The notes: generated from the sequence alone by a model not told the origin. Shown: positions 1 to 8,585, counted from the stretch's first letter. The stretch is DNA of 48,686 nucleotides from Minisyncoccota bacterium (GCA_022842585.1 JALHPI010000003.1:1-48686); one strand, 5' to 3'. A program made the numbers and translations.

Positions 1-2
1 CA

Positions 3-155
3 CAACCGATGAGAAGTGCGAGTCATGCAACCGCGCACCTTTTCATAGGAGACCCGTTTGGTGCAAAGGCAGGGAAGTTCGTCCAAGGGCTCTTTGCGAC
101 GCATCCGCCTGTAGCGGACCGTGTGAAGCGTCTCTTAGGTAGCGCACCCGAATAG
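3..155 (+). CDS. htpX: Zn metalloprotease HtpX (M48 family), C-terminal fragment, truncated by the window edge
   Basis: Own translation: ...[12 protein letters not shown]...[16 protein letters not shown]..., with the typical M48/HtpX C-terminal F-x-THPP-x3-R motif; TAG at 153-155. Confidence 0.85.
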   Translation, partial: QPMRSASHATAHLFIGDPFGAKAGKFVQGLFATHPPVADRVKRLLGSAPE

Positions 156-236
156 TCTTCCTTTTTTTGGAGGGCGGGTGTATTTTCATACGCAATGCGG
201 CGTAATAGGGCGTCGCAGTGTAAGGGGCTAATCCTA

Positions 237-455
237 ATGCTTGAAAGAAAAGAACTGGTTTACGGACCTCGCCGCGGTCTCTTCAAGTTCATTGAAGGGC
301 CAAGGCATCTGGCGTCTGCGAAAGCAGATGGAGGTACCTCGAATGATTCGGCACCCTATGCCGTCTCGCGCGCGACACCTCAAGCCGCCAAAGTTCGCTG
401 GGCACCACGCCCGGCCAAGCACCCACCCTTTTTCGGAGGAGTACGCCTGACCTAA
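237..455 (+). CDS. Small hypothetical protein (uncertain; competing frame 241-450)
   Basis: ATG at 237 within ORF 195-455, followed by a GC hairpin; no recognisable motif. Confidence 0.3.
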   Translation: MLERKELVYGPRRGLFKFIEGPRHLASAKADGGTSNDSAPYAVSRATPQAAKVRWAPRPAKHPPFFGGVRLT

Positions 456-462
456 CGGTCTT

Positions 463-490
463 CGGGGCGGCGCAGAGATGCGTCGCCCCG
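463..490 (+). terminator. GC-rich hairpin, probable terminator
   Basis: CGGGGCGGCGCA-gaga-TGCGTCGCCCCG. Confidence 0.55.
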
Positions 491-528
491 TGCTGATTTC
501 TCTAAATAGATAAACTTGTGTGTTTTGA

Positions 529-1278
529 GTGCAAAAGCAGCGTTTATGTCAAAGGGTCACCTCTATGATTATTGATATGAGTTCTTTAGCTGCCCTCACG
601 TATCCAAAAAAGAGCCACCGGAAAACGGTTATCCTGCCAAGGTATTCTGAGAGTCTTGCCGAATTCTTCGGAATAATGATGGGAGATGGCGGAATAAACA
701 ATCCTTGGCAAGCGAACATCACTCTGAACTCAATAAAAGATGCGTCATACGCCAGATACGTTCAAGAATTAATTAGTAAGCTTTTCTCCATTACTCCAGC
801 ATTGATTGTTAGTAAAACAAAAGATGCGTTGCGGATACATATCAACAGTATCTCAATTGTAGAGTTCCTTGTTCAAAACGGATTAGTGCGAGGCGACAAG
901 TTGAAAGGTGGCTTACGGATTCCAGAGTGGATATTACATAACAAAGACTACAAAATTTTCTGCGTTCGTGGACTCGTTGATACTGATGGATGTGTATTTA
1001 TCCATACCCATACCGTTGCAAAGAAAAAATACCGCAACATAGGCCTCACATTTTCGAGCCGATCGCTAGAGCTTATTTCGCAGGTGGCGGGGGTATTTGA
1101 AGAATTTGGCATTATCCCGCATATTAGTAAGCGAGGTTGGGATATTTATCTGTATAAACAGGCTGCGGTAGAGCAGTATCTACGGATATTTGGCACCTCT
1201 AATGAACGGATTATATCCGTCTATGAAGACTGGAAACGTGGCCGAGCGGTCGAAGGCGCACGCTTGGAAAGCGTGTAA
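529..1278 (+). CDS. LAGLIDADG-family (two-motif) homing endonuclease-like protein
   Basis: Two LAGLIDADG-like motifs, LAEFFGIMMGDGG and CVRGLVDTDG; more AT-rich than its flanks; true start may be an ATG a few codons downstream. Confidence 0.85.
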   Translation: MQKQRLCQRVTSMIIDMSSLAALTYPKKSHRKTVILPRYSESLAEFFGIMMGDGGINNPWQANITLNSIKDASYARYVQELISKLFSITPALIVSKTKDALRIHINSISIVEFLVQNGLVRGDKLKGGLRIPEWILHNKDYKIFCVRGLVDTDGCVFIHTHTVAKKKYRNIGLTFSSRSLELISQVAGVFEEFGIIPHISKRGWDIYLYKQAAVEQYLRIFGTSNERIISVYEDWKRGRAVEGARLESV

Positions 1279-1316
1279 ACCGAAAGGTTTCGAGGGTTCG
1301 AATCCCTCCGTTTCCG
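1232..1316 (+). tRNA. tRNA-Ser(GGA)
   Basis: GGAAACG/CGTTTCC acceptor stem, CACGC-TTGGAAA-GCGTG anticodon arm, long variable arm, GGTTCGAATCC T loop. Confidence 0.95.
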
Positions 1317-1355
1317 CACAATCTGCAGTGTAGTGTTATCTGCTACTATTTACAC

Positions 1356-2402
1356 ATGACCGAATCACCTAAAGAGAGCGCACCTATAGAACGAACTGCC
1401 GGAATAACGTTTACAAATCAACCGCGCGTTTCAAGCGACCCGAAAGTCGCGGAAAACCACGAAGAGCGCATGGCGCTTGCGGGAAAAATCGAGGCATTCC
1501 TCGCCAAGCATTCGTTATTCAAAGACAAGAAAATTAACGTCACGTTTGCCCAGGATGGAGTCGCCTCATTGATTGCAATACTCGAGATGCCGGACGAGGA
1601 AACGTCGAACGAGCGCATGGTACTGAAGATTCCGTTTGGCGGTAGGCCGACGAGTGGAGAAGCGTTCGCGTTTCGCGCGTGGGAAGCTGAAGGGGTTTCC
1701 GTACCGCGCGTCGTAGAGCAGGGAATTTTCGATGAGAAACACGAGTATTTGCTTATGAGTTGTATCGACGCTCCGGCGCTCGACAAAGCGTATTCCTCCA
1801 ATGAAGAAATGGTAGCGAATGGTATATACGCGGAACTGGGCGAAGCGTTCGCGGGAATGCATGCGTCCACGGTTGAAGGATTCGGCGCTATTGGAACGGA
1901 TGGGAAAGGGGAATTCGCTACGTTTGAAGAGTGGATTGACTCGCCAAAGATGACCAAGGATATTCCGTACGTGACGGACAAGGAGAACAATCTCATGGAT
2001 GCCGACCTGATTGTCAGGGCGCGTATGGTACTTATCGAGTACGCCAAAGCGCATCCGCGAAGCACGGTGTGTCATCTTGATTTCGCTACGAACAATGCGT
2101 TTGCGACCAAGCCGGTGACGATATTCGACCCAGCTCCGGAATTCAATCTTCCGTATATAGACACTGGAAAGACATTTGTGAACATGACTGCAAACGGCGA
2201 GCCTGCTCGTGCGCAACTTTTTGACGCGTACGAGAAGAAAACCAGTGCGCCGCTTGATAAAAAAGTCGCGTATGCGGCAACGGTCATCATGATGATACGG
2301 AAGCTCGCTAAGTCGCACAAAACCGGCGGACCAAAGATGGAGGAACGTATAGCGCGCAACAAGGCCTATCTTGCCGATAACGCGCATTTCCTGGACTCGT
2401 AG
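1356..2402 (+). CDS. Aminoglycoside phosphotransferase / fructosamine kinase-like protein
   Basis: VLKIP N-lobe, CHLDFATNN (HxDxxxxN) and IFDP motifs. Confidence 0.75.
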   Translation: MTESPKESAPIERTAGITFTNQPRVSSDPKVAENHEERMALAGKIEAFLAKHSLFKDKKINVTFAQDGVASLIAILEMPDEETSNERMVLKIPFGGRPTSGEAFAFRAWEAEGVSVPRVVEQGIFDEKHEYLLMSCIDAPALDKAYSSNEEMVANGIYAELGEAFAGMHASTVEGFGAIGTDGKGEFATFEEWIDSPKMTKDIPYVTDKENNLMDADLIVRARMVLIEYAKAHPRSTVCHLDFATNNAFATKPVTIFDPAPEFNLPYIDTGKTFVNMTANGEPARAQLFDAYEKKTSAPLDKKVAYAATVIMMIRKLAKSHKTGGPKMEERIARNKAYLADNAHFLDS

Positions 2403-2430
2403 CTTCTTCTCCCCGCGATATACTTTCCCC

Positions 2431-3279
2431 ATGACCGAGCCCATCATAAACGAACGGGAACAAAAGCACGCCGCGGAACTCATGAAGGCAAAAGTACCCA
2501 TACGTGAGTGGTGGTTTAAGGACAATGCACTCCTAACGTTCGCGTTCAACACGAGCTCGGCGACAGTGCCTGAGGGCGAGCGGTTTATTGTACGTGCAGT
2601 GGGGGAGGCAGCGAAGCGAGTGAAGGACGAACACCTCAAGAAAGAAGCGGAGACACTTATGCATGAGGAGCTTGCGCACGCACGCATGCATGACGCGTAC
2701 AACAACTACCTGGACTCCATCGGACTTCCGGCAAATAAGCACTGTGCGGAAACGAAGAAACTGCTTGATTTTTTCGAGCGACGAATGACCTTAAAAATGC
2801 GCCTGGTTACCTGCACCATTATTGAGCATTTCACCGCTACCTACTCAAAGCAGATTCTCGATATCGGTATTCTAGAAGGCGAGGATACCGACGAGCGTAT
2901 GGACCGGGTATGGAGCTGGCACTGCATCGAGGAAGTGGAGCACCGCGCAACCGCGATAGACCTCTACCGAGCTATAGGTGGCGGCTACTTCACCCGCCTT
3001 ACGGTAGGCGCATGGGTAAGCATCGCATTCGCTATCGCGCATGCGCGTTGCCTTATTGATTTCCTCGCGGCGAAAAAATTGCTCTGGAATTTCAACATCT
3101 GGAGCAAGGGCATCGGGTACCTGCTCGGACGCCGCGGCGTGTATGCGCTCGTGCTGAAGTACTGGTTTTCCTACTTTAAGCCCGGCTTCCATCCAAACGA
3201 CATCCCGATAGAAAATCGTCTTAAAAAACAACTCCACCACTACCACATCGAGGACGAGCTTGTCGGGTACTTCCGCTAG
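2431..3279 (+). CDS. Predicted metal-dependent hydrolase (ferritin-like fold family)
   Basis: PEGERF, HEELAHARMH, IEHFTA and WHCIEEVEH motifs; ATG 2431 chosen as start. Confidence 0.8.
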   Translation: MTEPIINEREQKHAAELMKAKVPIREWWFKDNALLTFAFNTSSATVPEGERFIVRAVGEAAKRVKDEHLKKEAETLMHEELAHARMHDAYNNYLDSIGLPANKHCAETKKLLDFFERRMTLKMRLVTCTIIEHFTATYSKQILDIGILEGEDTDERMDRVWSWHCIEEVEHRATAIDLYRAIGGGYFTRLTVGAWVSIAFAIAHARCLIDFLAAKKLLWNFNIWSKGIGYLLGRRGVYALVLKYWFSYFKPGFHPNDIPIENRLKKQLHHYHIEDELVGYFR

Positions 3280-3297
3280 GAGTACCGTAGGGAATAC

Positions 3298-3636
3298 ATG
3301 GACTATTCTGGCATCGTGACGGGCGGCAGCCGAAAGGCGGCAGAGCTTGGGTACCCAACCGCAAATATCCTACTCGCCGATACGGACGTGTCGGGTATCT
3401 ATGCCGCACGGGTCATAAGCGAAGGACAAGAATACCCAGCGGTCGCGTACGCTGACCAAGGGCGGCATATCCTTGAGGCGCACCTCTTCCGCTTTTCAGG
3501 CGATTTATACGGAAAGGAAATCACCGTAACCCTTGAAATGAAGCTCCGCGATTCGGAACACTTTGATACGGACGAGGCGCTCAAGGAGGCTGTTGAAAAC
3601 GACGTTGCCGCCGCTCGTGCGCACTTCAAACTTTAA
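3298..3636 (+). CDS. Standalone riboflavin kinase (RibF C-terminal domain only)
   Basis: LGYPTAN, LEAHLF and DLYGKEI...LRD motifs. Confidence 0.9.
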   Translation: MDYSGIVTGGSRKAAELGYPTANILLADTDVSGIYAARVISEGQEYPAVAYADQGRHILEAHLFRFSGDLYGKEITVTLEMKLRDSEHFDTDEALKEAVENDVAAARAHFKL

Positions 3637-3640
3637 CTCC

Positions 3641-4291
3641 ATGTTTACCGGCATCGTACAGAAAACCGCACTCGTCAAAAGCGCCGCCATGCGCGAGAAG
3701 AACCGCGTCATATCCGTGGAAAAGCCCGCAGGTTGGAAGCTTTCCAAAGGACAGAGCGTCGCCGTTGACGGCGTGTGCCTCACGGTCACAAGCACGACCG
3801 CAAAAACGTTCGAAGCAGAACTGATGCCCGAAACCTTGAAGAAAACGACCGGAAGCTTGTTTGTGGTAGGGAAGCTCGTGAATCTCGAGCGGGCACTGAA
3901 GCTCTCCGACCTCCTCGACGGCCACCTTATTCAAGGGCACGTGGACTCGCGGGCGAAAGTGACTGCCGTACGCGCACAGGGCGCCTCAACCTTGATTACC
4001 ATTTCAATCCCGAAAGCGCTCAAGAAGCAAGTTGCACTCCACGGCTCAGTCGCCGTAAACGGCGCCTCCTTGACCATTGCAAAACAGAACGCGGACACGC
4101 TCACGCTTGCCCTCATCCCGTATACGCTCGCCCATACGAACCTCGGACTCCTCAAAAAAGGGGACGAGGTGAACCTTGAAACGGACTTCTGGGCCCGCCA
4201 TCACAAGGTGAAGAATTATGCTACAGTTTCCCCTAATGCAACGCGGAGAATATCAAAAGGCACGGGAAGCAAAAGACGGCGGAAAGCTTAA
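3641..4291 (+). CDS. ribE: Riboflavin synthase
   Basis: Starts MFTGIV; SVAVDGVCLTV, VNLERAL, GHLIQGHVD. Confidence 0.95.
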   Translation: MFTGIVQKTALVKSAAMREKNRVISVEKPAGWKLSKGQSVAVDGVCLTVTSTTAKTFEAELMPETLKKTTGSLFVVGKLVNLERALKLSDLLDGHLIQGHVDSRAKVTAVRAQGASTLITISIPKALKKQVALHGSVAVNGASLTIAKQNADTLTLALIPYTLAHTNLGLLKKGDEVNLETDFWARHHKVKNYATVSPNATRRISKGTGSKRRRKA

Positions 4292-4694
4292 GATAGGTAT
4301 CGTCGTTTCCTCCTTTAATTCCGACATCACCGAGTCTATGCTCGAAGGAGTACTCGCGACCCTCAAAGAATGGAGTGTAGCGGACGAGAACATTACGGTG
4401 TTCCGTGTACCCGGTTCTTTTGAGATACCGTACGGGTGCCTCAAGCTCATTAAGGAGAAAAAGCCCGACGGTATCATTGCCATCGGTTGCGTGATAAAAG
4501 GCGATACCGAGCACGACCGCTATATCGCAACCGCGACCGCCGACGGTATCATGCGTCTCACACTTCTGTATGAGTTACCAATTTCTTTTGGGGTTATCAC
4601 CACGAACACGCTTGAGCAGGCGAAAATTCGCTCGACCGGAGAGACAAATAAAGGAAAGGAAGCGGCGCTCGCCGTGCTTGAACTTCTCGCCTGA
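4236..4694 (+). CDS. ribH: 6,7-dimethyl-8-ribityllumazine synthase
   Basis: VPGSFEIP, GCVIKGDTEH, FGVITT, NKGKEAA. Confidence 0.95.
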   Translation: MQRGEYQKAREAKDGGKLKIGIVVSSFNSDITESMLEGVLATLKEWSVADENITVFRVPGSFEIPYGCLKLIKEKKPDGIIAIGCVIKGDTEHDRYIATATADGIMRLTLLYELPISFGVITTNTLEQAKIRSTGETNKGKEAALAVLELLA

Positions 4695-5110
4695 TGCGAA
4701 AAGTATTTCTTGCCGGAGGCGTACTTGTGCTCGCAGGGATACTCGGACTTTTCGCACTCAATCACCCGTCGTACTCGCTTGCGCATATTGAAATCGCCGA
4801 TACGCCCTTCGCGCGTGAACAAGGACTTTCCGGCAGAACTGAGATATCGGAAGACTACGGCATGCTGTTCATTTTTCCCGAAAAGGGCGACTACGGGTTT
4901 TGGATGAAAGACATGAAGGTACCTATCGACGTATTCTGGATTGCCGATGATGGAACAATCGTGGGCATCGAGCACGAGCTCAGCCCCGACACCTACCCGG
5001 AAGCGGTGCATCCACCTCTGCCGGTACGCTACGTGCTTGAGACGAAGGCGGGGACTGGAGCGGCGCGCGGATGGGTGGTAGGTACGACCCTTGCACTTCC
5101 TCTTCGTTAA
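4694..5110 (+). CDS. DUF192 family exported protein
   Basis: EIADT...REQGL, GMLFIF, FWMKDM..PID, YVLE; N-terminal hydrophobic segment. Confidence 0.85.
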   Translation: MRKVFLAGGVLVLAGILGLFALNHPSYSLAHIEIADTPFAREQGLSGRTEISEDYGMLFIFPEKGDYGFWMKDMKVPIDVFWIADDGTIVGIEHELSPDTYPEAVHPPLPVRYVLETKAGTGAARGWVVGTTLALPLR

Positions 5111-5113
5111 ACC

Positions 5114-5124
5114 TGTGGTATAAT
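5114..5124 (+). promoter_or_regulatory. Extended -10 promoter for rnpB
   Basis: TGTGG-TATAAT, with the hexamer ending 6 nt before the first P1 base. Confidence 0.75.
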
Positions 5125-5149
5125 TAAGTCGTGCTGGTACAGGCAGTCG

Positions 5150-5275
5150 CCCAGCCCCACTTTTACAGCGCGAAAATTTATTTATCGCCATAGTTGCGAT
5201 AGAAAAATTTCGAACGGGAAAAATTGTCTTGCAGACAATTTTTCCAAAGGATCGTTCTGTAAAAGTGGGGCTGGG
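5150..5275. mobile_element. Non-coding hairpin (MITE-like) element, copy 1, at the P3 position of rnpB
   Basis: Perfect 19-bp IR CCCAGCCCCACTTTTACAG / CTGTAAAAGTGGGGCTGGG with two internal stems. Confidence 0.8.
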
Positions 5276-5293
5276 AGGAAAGTCCGAACACAG

Positions 5294-5420
5294 CCCAGCC
5301 CCACTTTTACGGTGCGAAATTCTACCCATCAACAACTTGATAGTAGAAGAAATTTCGAACGTGAAATGTAGTCTGAAAGACTACATTTCCGAATAATCGT
5401 TCTGTAAAAGTGGGGCTGGG
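5294..5420. mobile_element. Non-coding hairpin (MITE-like) element, copy 2, between P5 and P7 of rnpB
   Basis: 17-bp IR CCCAGCCCCACTTTTAC / GTAAAAGTGGGGCTGGG; junction motifs shared with copy 1. Confidence 0.8.
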
Positions 5421-5590
5421 AGCAGGGTAGCGGGTAACTCCCGTCCGCCGTAAGGCGCGAGGTGCGAACAGAGACGTTCCTAAGCGAAAGCGCGGGAACA
5501 CCCTCCGAATCCGCAAGGAATACGGGGGTGAGCCTGAAGGGTAACCTACAGGCTGAAACGGCAAAATCCTTACCTCTGTGCAAGGCCGTG

Positions 5591-5897
5591 TCCAGCCCCA
5601 GTTTTAGGTACAATGAGCCTATGTTCTCAGTTTATGTAATCCAGCACGACTCTACTAAAGAGATTTATATTGGATTTACAAGCAATCTGCGAAGACGGCT
5701 CATTGAACACCAATCCCGTGGCAATACGTCGACGAAGCGGAAAGTGGGCAAATGGCATCTGATATACGCCGAAGCGTATCGCGCAGAAGCTGATGCTAGG
5801 CTCCGTGAACGTCGACTGAAAAGCCACGGGAGCGGGAAACAAGGGTTAATCAAGCGTATAAAGGCTAGTTTGCTTGATACCTAAAACTGGGGCTGGA
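5591..5897 (+). mobile_element. IR-bounded GIY-YIG cassette in the P15/P16 region of rnpB
   Basis: Perfect 20-bp IR TCCAGCCCCAGTTTTAGGTA / TACCTAAAACTGGGGCTGGA enclosing one ORF. Confidence 0.85.
5621..5884 (+). CDS. Small GIY-YIG nuclease (87 aa)
   Basis: MFSVYVIQ...IYIGFTSNLRRRLIEH...LIYAEAY...ARLRERRLK: the VY/YIG, R and E catalytic pattern. Confidence 0.9.
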   Translation: MFSVYVIQHDSTKEIYIGFTSNLRRRLIEHQSRGNTSTKRKVGKWHLIYAEAYRAEADARLRERRLKSHGSGKQGLIKRIKASLLDT

Positions 5898-5990
5898 AGT
5901 GCCGCTTGAGGCCGTCGGCAACGGCGGTCCTAGATAAATGACTGTCCAACGACAGAATTCGGCTTATCGGACCAGCACGTCAAATGCGAT

Positions 5991-6020
5991 ACACCCGCCT
6001 CACGGCGGGTGTTCGCTTTT
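5991..6020 (+). terminator. Intrinsic terminator after rnpB
   Basis: ACACCCGCC-tcac-GGCGGGTGT followed by a T-rich tract. Confidence 0.7.
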
Positions 6021-6114
6021 CTATATCCACTGTATTTCCTGGCACAGCTCCTATTGACGGATATCTCATGGGGTATACTTGACCCATTACCAACGGGCAC
6101 TTTCAAGGACATAT

Positions 6115-8529
6115 ATGCAGGACACACCTTCGATGAAGCGTTTTTCGTTCGACTCCGCCACTGTGTGGATACTCGCGGCCGTCGCGTTCCTATCCACCGT
6201 AGCGCTTATTCCGGGCAATACCGTCTCATTATTCGGGACTAAGGTATCGATTCTTGCGACCGGCGCGCTCATTGCGCTCATCGCATACATTATTGCGCGT
6301 TTGGTTCGGGGCAATATCGTATTCCCGCCGCTCGCACTTCTTGGGACCGTATGGCTTATACCGATTGCGTACGGCATCTCGACTTTGTTCTCTGGCGTAA
6401 ACCAGACGCAGGCATTGTTCGGCGTTGAGTTCGAAACCGACACACTCGGCTTCGTGCTCATCATGGCAGTGCTCGCAACGCTTGCGGCACTCGCGCTTCG
6501 CCAAGCTTCACACTACGCGCTCTTCTATAAAGCGCTCGGTGCGACCTACGCCGTTGTGGTGCTTGCACAGATAGGATTTATCATCGCGGCTAATAGTGGC
6601 GCACCAGTGAGCGCGGTAACGAATCTCGTCGGTTCATTCTCCGACCTCGGATTTGTCGCAGGACTCGGCATCGTCATGTCGCTTCTCGCGATGCGTTTCC
6701 TCACGCTCTCTCAGAAGGTGAAGATTGCGCTCTGGGTCGCGATTGCCGCAGGTCTCGCACTTGTCGTACTCGCAAACGCGGTACTCGTATGGGTGCTTGT
6801 CGGTCTTGTGTCGCTCGGCCTCTTCATCGAAGCCATTATGCGTCGCCGTGGAAGCGGAAATGACGCGGACCTTGAAGGCGTATCCACGATGTCAGCGGAT
6901 GAGGAATCCGAGGACGCGGGCGGGGAAGCTCGTTCACTCGGTGCACCACTCGTCACGCTTCTCGTATCCCTCTTCTTCCTTATCGGAGGTGCAACCATTG
7001 GAAACTCGATTGCCGCCTCGCTTGGTATCAACGTCATCGACGTCCGCCCATCCTGGCAGTCAACCTTTGACGTCGGTAGCCATACCTATGCTTCTTCACC
7101 GCTCTTTGGCTCCGGCCCAAGCACCTTTGGGGAGCAGTGGCTAAAATATAAGGACCGTGCCCTAAATGACACCGTATTCTGGAACGTTGATTTCGCTTCA
7201 GGCATCGGCTCTATCCCAACTTCGTTCATCACGACCGGTATCGTCGGCGTCCTTGCATGGCTCGTATTCATCGGATTCTTCCTCTACTCGGGAGTCCGTG
7301 CACTCTTGTTCCGTCTCCCTCAGGACCCGTTCATGCGCTTCGTATCGCTCGCATCCTTTACCGGTGCCGCATACGTCCTCGTCGCATCGTTCTTCGCGGC
7401 TCCAGGGGTCGTCGTCGTCGCGCTCGGATTTTTGTTTACCGGTCTCTTCATCTCGTCGCTCCGCTATGGCAAAGGACGTCTTGATTGGGGAATCGTGTTC
7501 TCGAAGAATCCACGCGTCGGCTTCGCCATTGTATTCCTTATGACGCTCATGCTGCTTGCGTCGGTGGCAGCCATCTACGTCGTGCTCGGCCGCTATATGG
7601 CAAGCTCGGCGTACGGAGAAGCTGCTCAGGCGCTTTCTACCGGCAATGTTGATGCCGCGGACGCTGCCGTCGCCCGCTCCGTCACCTTTGCTCCAAGCGA
7701 GCGTGCGTACCAGCTCTCTGCCGCTACCGGTATTGAGCGCATGCGCCGTATCGCGAACGACACCACGCTTTCAGCAAGTGTCGCGCAGCAGCAGTTCCAA
7801 GCAGCACTCTCGGGTGCCGTAAACGCAGGTCTTGCCGCTACACAGGTAGGACCGAACGATTATCAGAACTGGGTCGTGCTCGGTACGGTGTATCAAAGCG
7901 TCGCCTCGCTTGGTATCGCTGGCTCGTATGAGAGCGCGAAGAGCGCGTTCGAGCGCGCGATTGCCCTGAATCCTACAAGCCCGGTCCTTCCGTATGTGAT
8001 TTCCCAGCTTGAAATAGGGAAGAATAACGGAGAAGCGGCAGAAGCAAGCTTGCTCACTTCGGTCAACTTAAAACGAGACTACATTCCAGCAATCCTCTTG
8101 CTTTCACAGCTCAAGATTCAGCTTGGAAAGGCAAGTGAGGCGCTTCAGGCTGCGGAGGCGGCAGCGTACTTCGCTCCAAACGAGCCGGCCGTACTCTTCC
8201 AGGTAGGCATACTCCGCTCAGGAACAGGAGACGTGAGTGGTGCGGTCTCAGCGCTTGCGCGCGCAGTGGAGATAAACCCTCAGTACGCAAATGCCCGCTT
8301 CTTCCTCGGTGCCATGTACTCGATGCAGGGTAAGTATCCTGAAGCACTCGAACAGTTCCGCGCTATCGCAACATTCTCTCCGGAGAACGCGACGGCAGTT
8401 GCTCCGGACATCGCGTCGCTTGAAGGTGGTAAGAATCCGTTCCCTCCGGCCCGTATGAAGTCGCTCGGTATTCCGACACCTCCGGTAACGGAACCAGTAG
8501 CGCCTCAGGCCGCAGCTCCAGCGCCGTAG
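6115..8529 (+). CDS. Polytopic membrane protein (O-antigen ligase-like) with C-terminal TPR repeats
   Basis: Many TM segments, PLFGSGPSTF loop, TPR-like repeats (AFERAIALNP, ARAVEINPQYANARFFLG); start uncertain (6079/6115/6133). Confidence 0.75.
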   Translation: MQDTPSMKRFSFDSATVWILAAVAFLSTVALIPGNTVSLFGTKVSILATGALIALIAYIIARLVRGNIVFPPLALLGTVWLIPIAYGISTLFSGVNQTQALFGVEFETDTLGFVLIMAVLATLAALALRQASHYALFYKALGATYAVVVLAQIGFIIAANSGAPVSAVTNLVGSFSDLGFVAGLGIVMSLLAMRFLTLSQKVKIALWVAIAAGLALVVLANAVLVWVLVGLVSLGLFIEAIMRRRGSGNDADLEGVSTMSADEESEDAGGEARSLGAPLVTLLVSLFFLIGGATIGNSIAASLGINVIDVRPSWQSTFDVGSHTYASSPLFGSGPSTFGEQWLKYKDRALNDTVFWNVDFASGIGSIPTSFITTGIVGVLAWLVFIGFFLYSGVRALLFRLPQDPFMRFVSLASFTGAAYVLVASFFAAPGVVVVALGFLFTGLFISSLRYGKGRLDWGIVFSKNPRVGFAIVFLMTLMLLASVAAIYVVLGRYMASSAYGEAAQALSTGNVDAADAAVARSVTFAPSERAYQLSAATGIERMRRIANDTTLSASVAQQQFQAALSGAVNAGLAATQVGPNDYQNWVVLGTVYQSVASLGIAGSYESAKSAFERAIALNPTSPVLPYVISQLEIGKNNGEAAEASLLTSVNLKRDYIPAILLLSQLKIQLGKASEALQAAEAAAYFAPNEPAVLFQVGILRSGTGDVSGAVSALARAVEINPQYANARFFLGAMYSMQGKYPEALEQFRAIATFSPENATAVAPDIASLEGGKNPFPPARMKSLGIPTPPVTEPVAPQAAAPAP

Positions 8530-8547
8530 TAGCAGTATCATTCTTCG

Positions 8548-8585
8548 AAACACTCCACCCGCCGAAAGGCGGGTGGAGTGTTTTA
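8548..8585 (+). terminator. Intrinsic terminator
   Basis: AAACACTCCACCCGCC-gaaa-GGCGGGTGGAGTGTTTT. Confidence 0.85.

Larger units (their letters stand above)
5131..5978 (+). ncRNA. rnpB: RNase P RNA carrying three large insertions
   Basis: P1 GTGCTGGT/ACCAGCAC; P2 GGCAGTC/GACTGTC; GAGGAAAGTCCG; CGGGTAACTCCCG; ACAGAGACG; TGAAACGGCAAAATCC; GCAAGGCC; GCTTGAG...CCTAGATAAATGACTG; ACAGAATTCGGCTTAT, all in canonical order. Confidence 0.95.

Noticed and set aside
4520-5613. Minus-strand ORFs (271, 94 and 80 aa) with a repeated PSPTFTER peptide
   Set aside because: Shadow translations of the IR elements, rnpB and DUF192
5462-5620. N-terminal extension of the 140-aa GIY-YIG ORF
   Set aside because: It runs through conserved RNase P RNA sequence; the domain and a -10 hexamer point to ATG 5621
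5150-5897. CRISPR array or group I/II intron interpretation of the rnpB repeats
   Set aside because: The repeats are inverted pairs with structured interiors, there are no cas genes, and no intron core motifs were recognised
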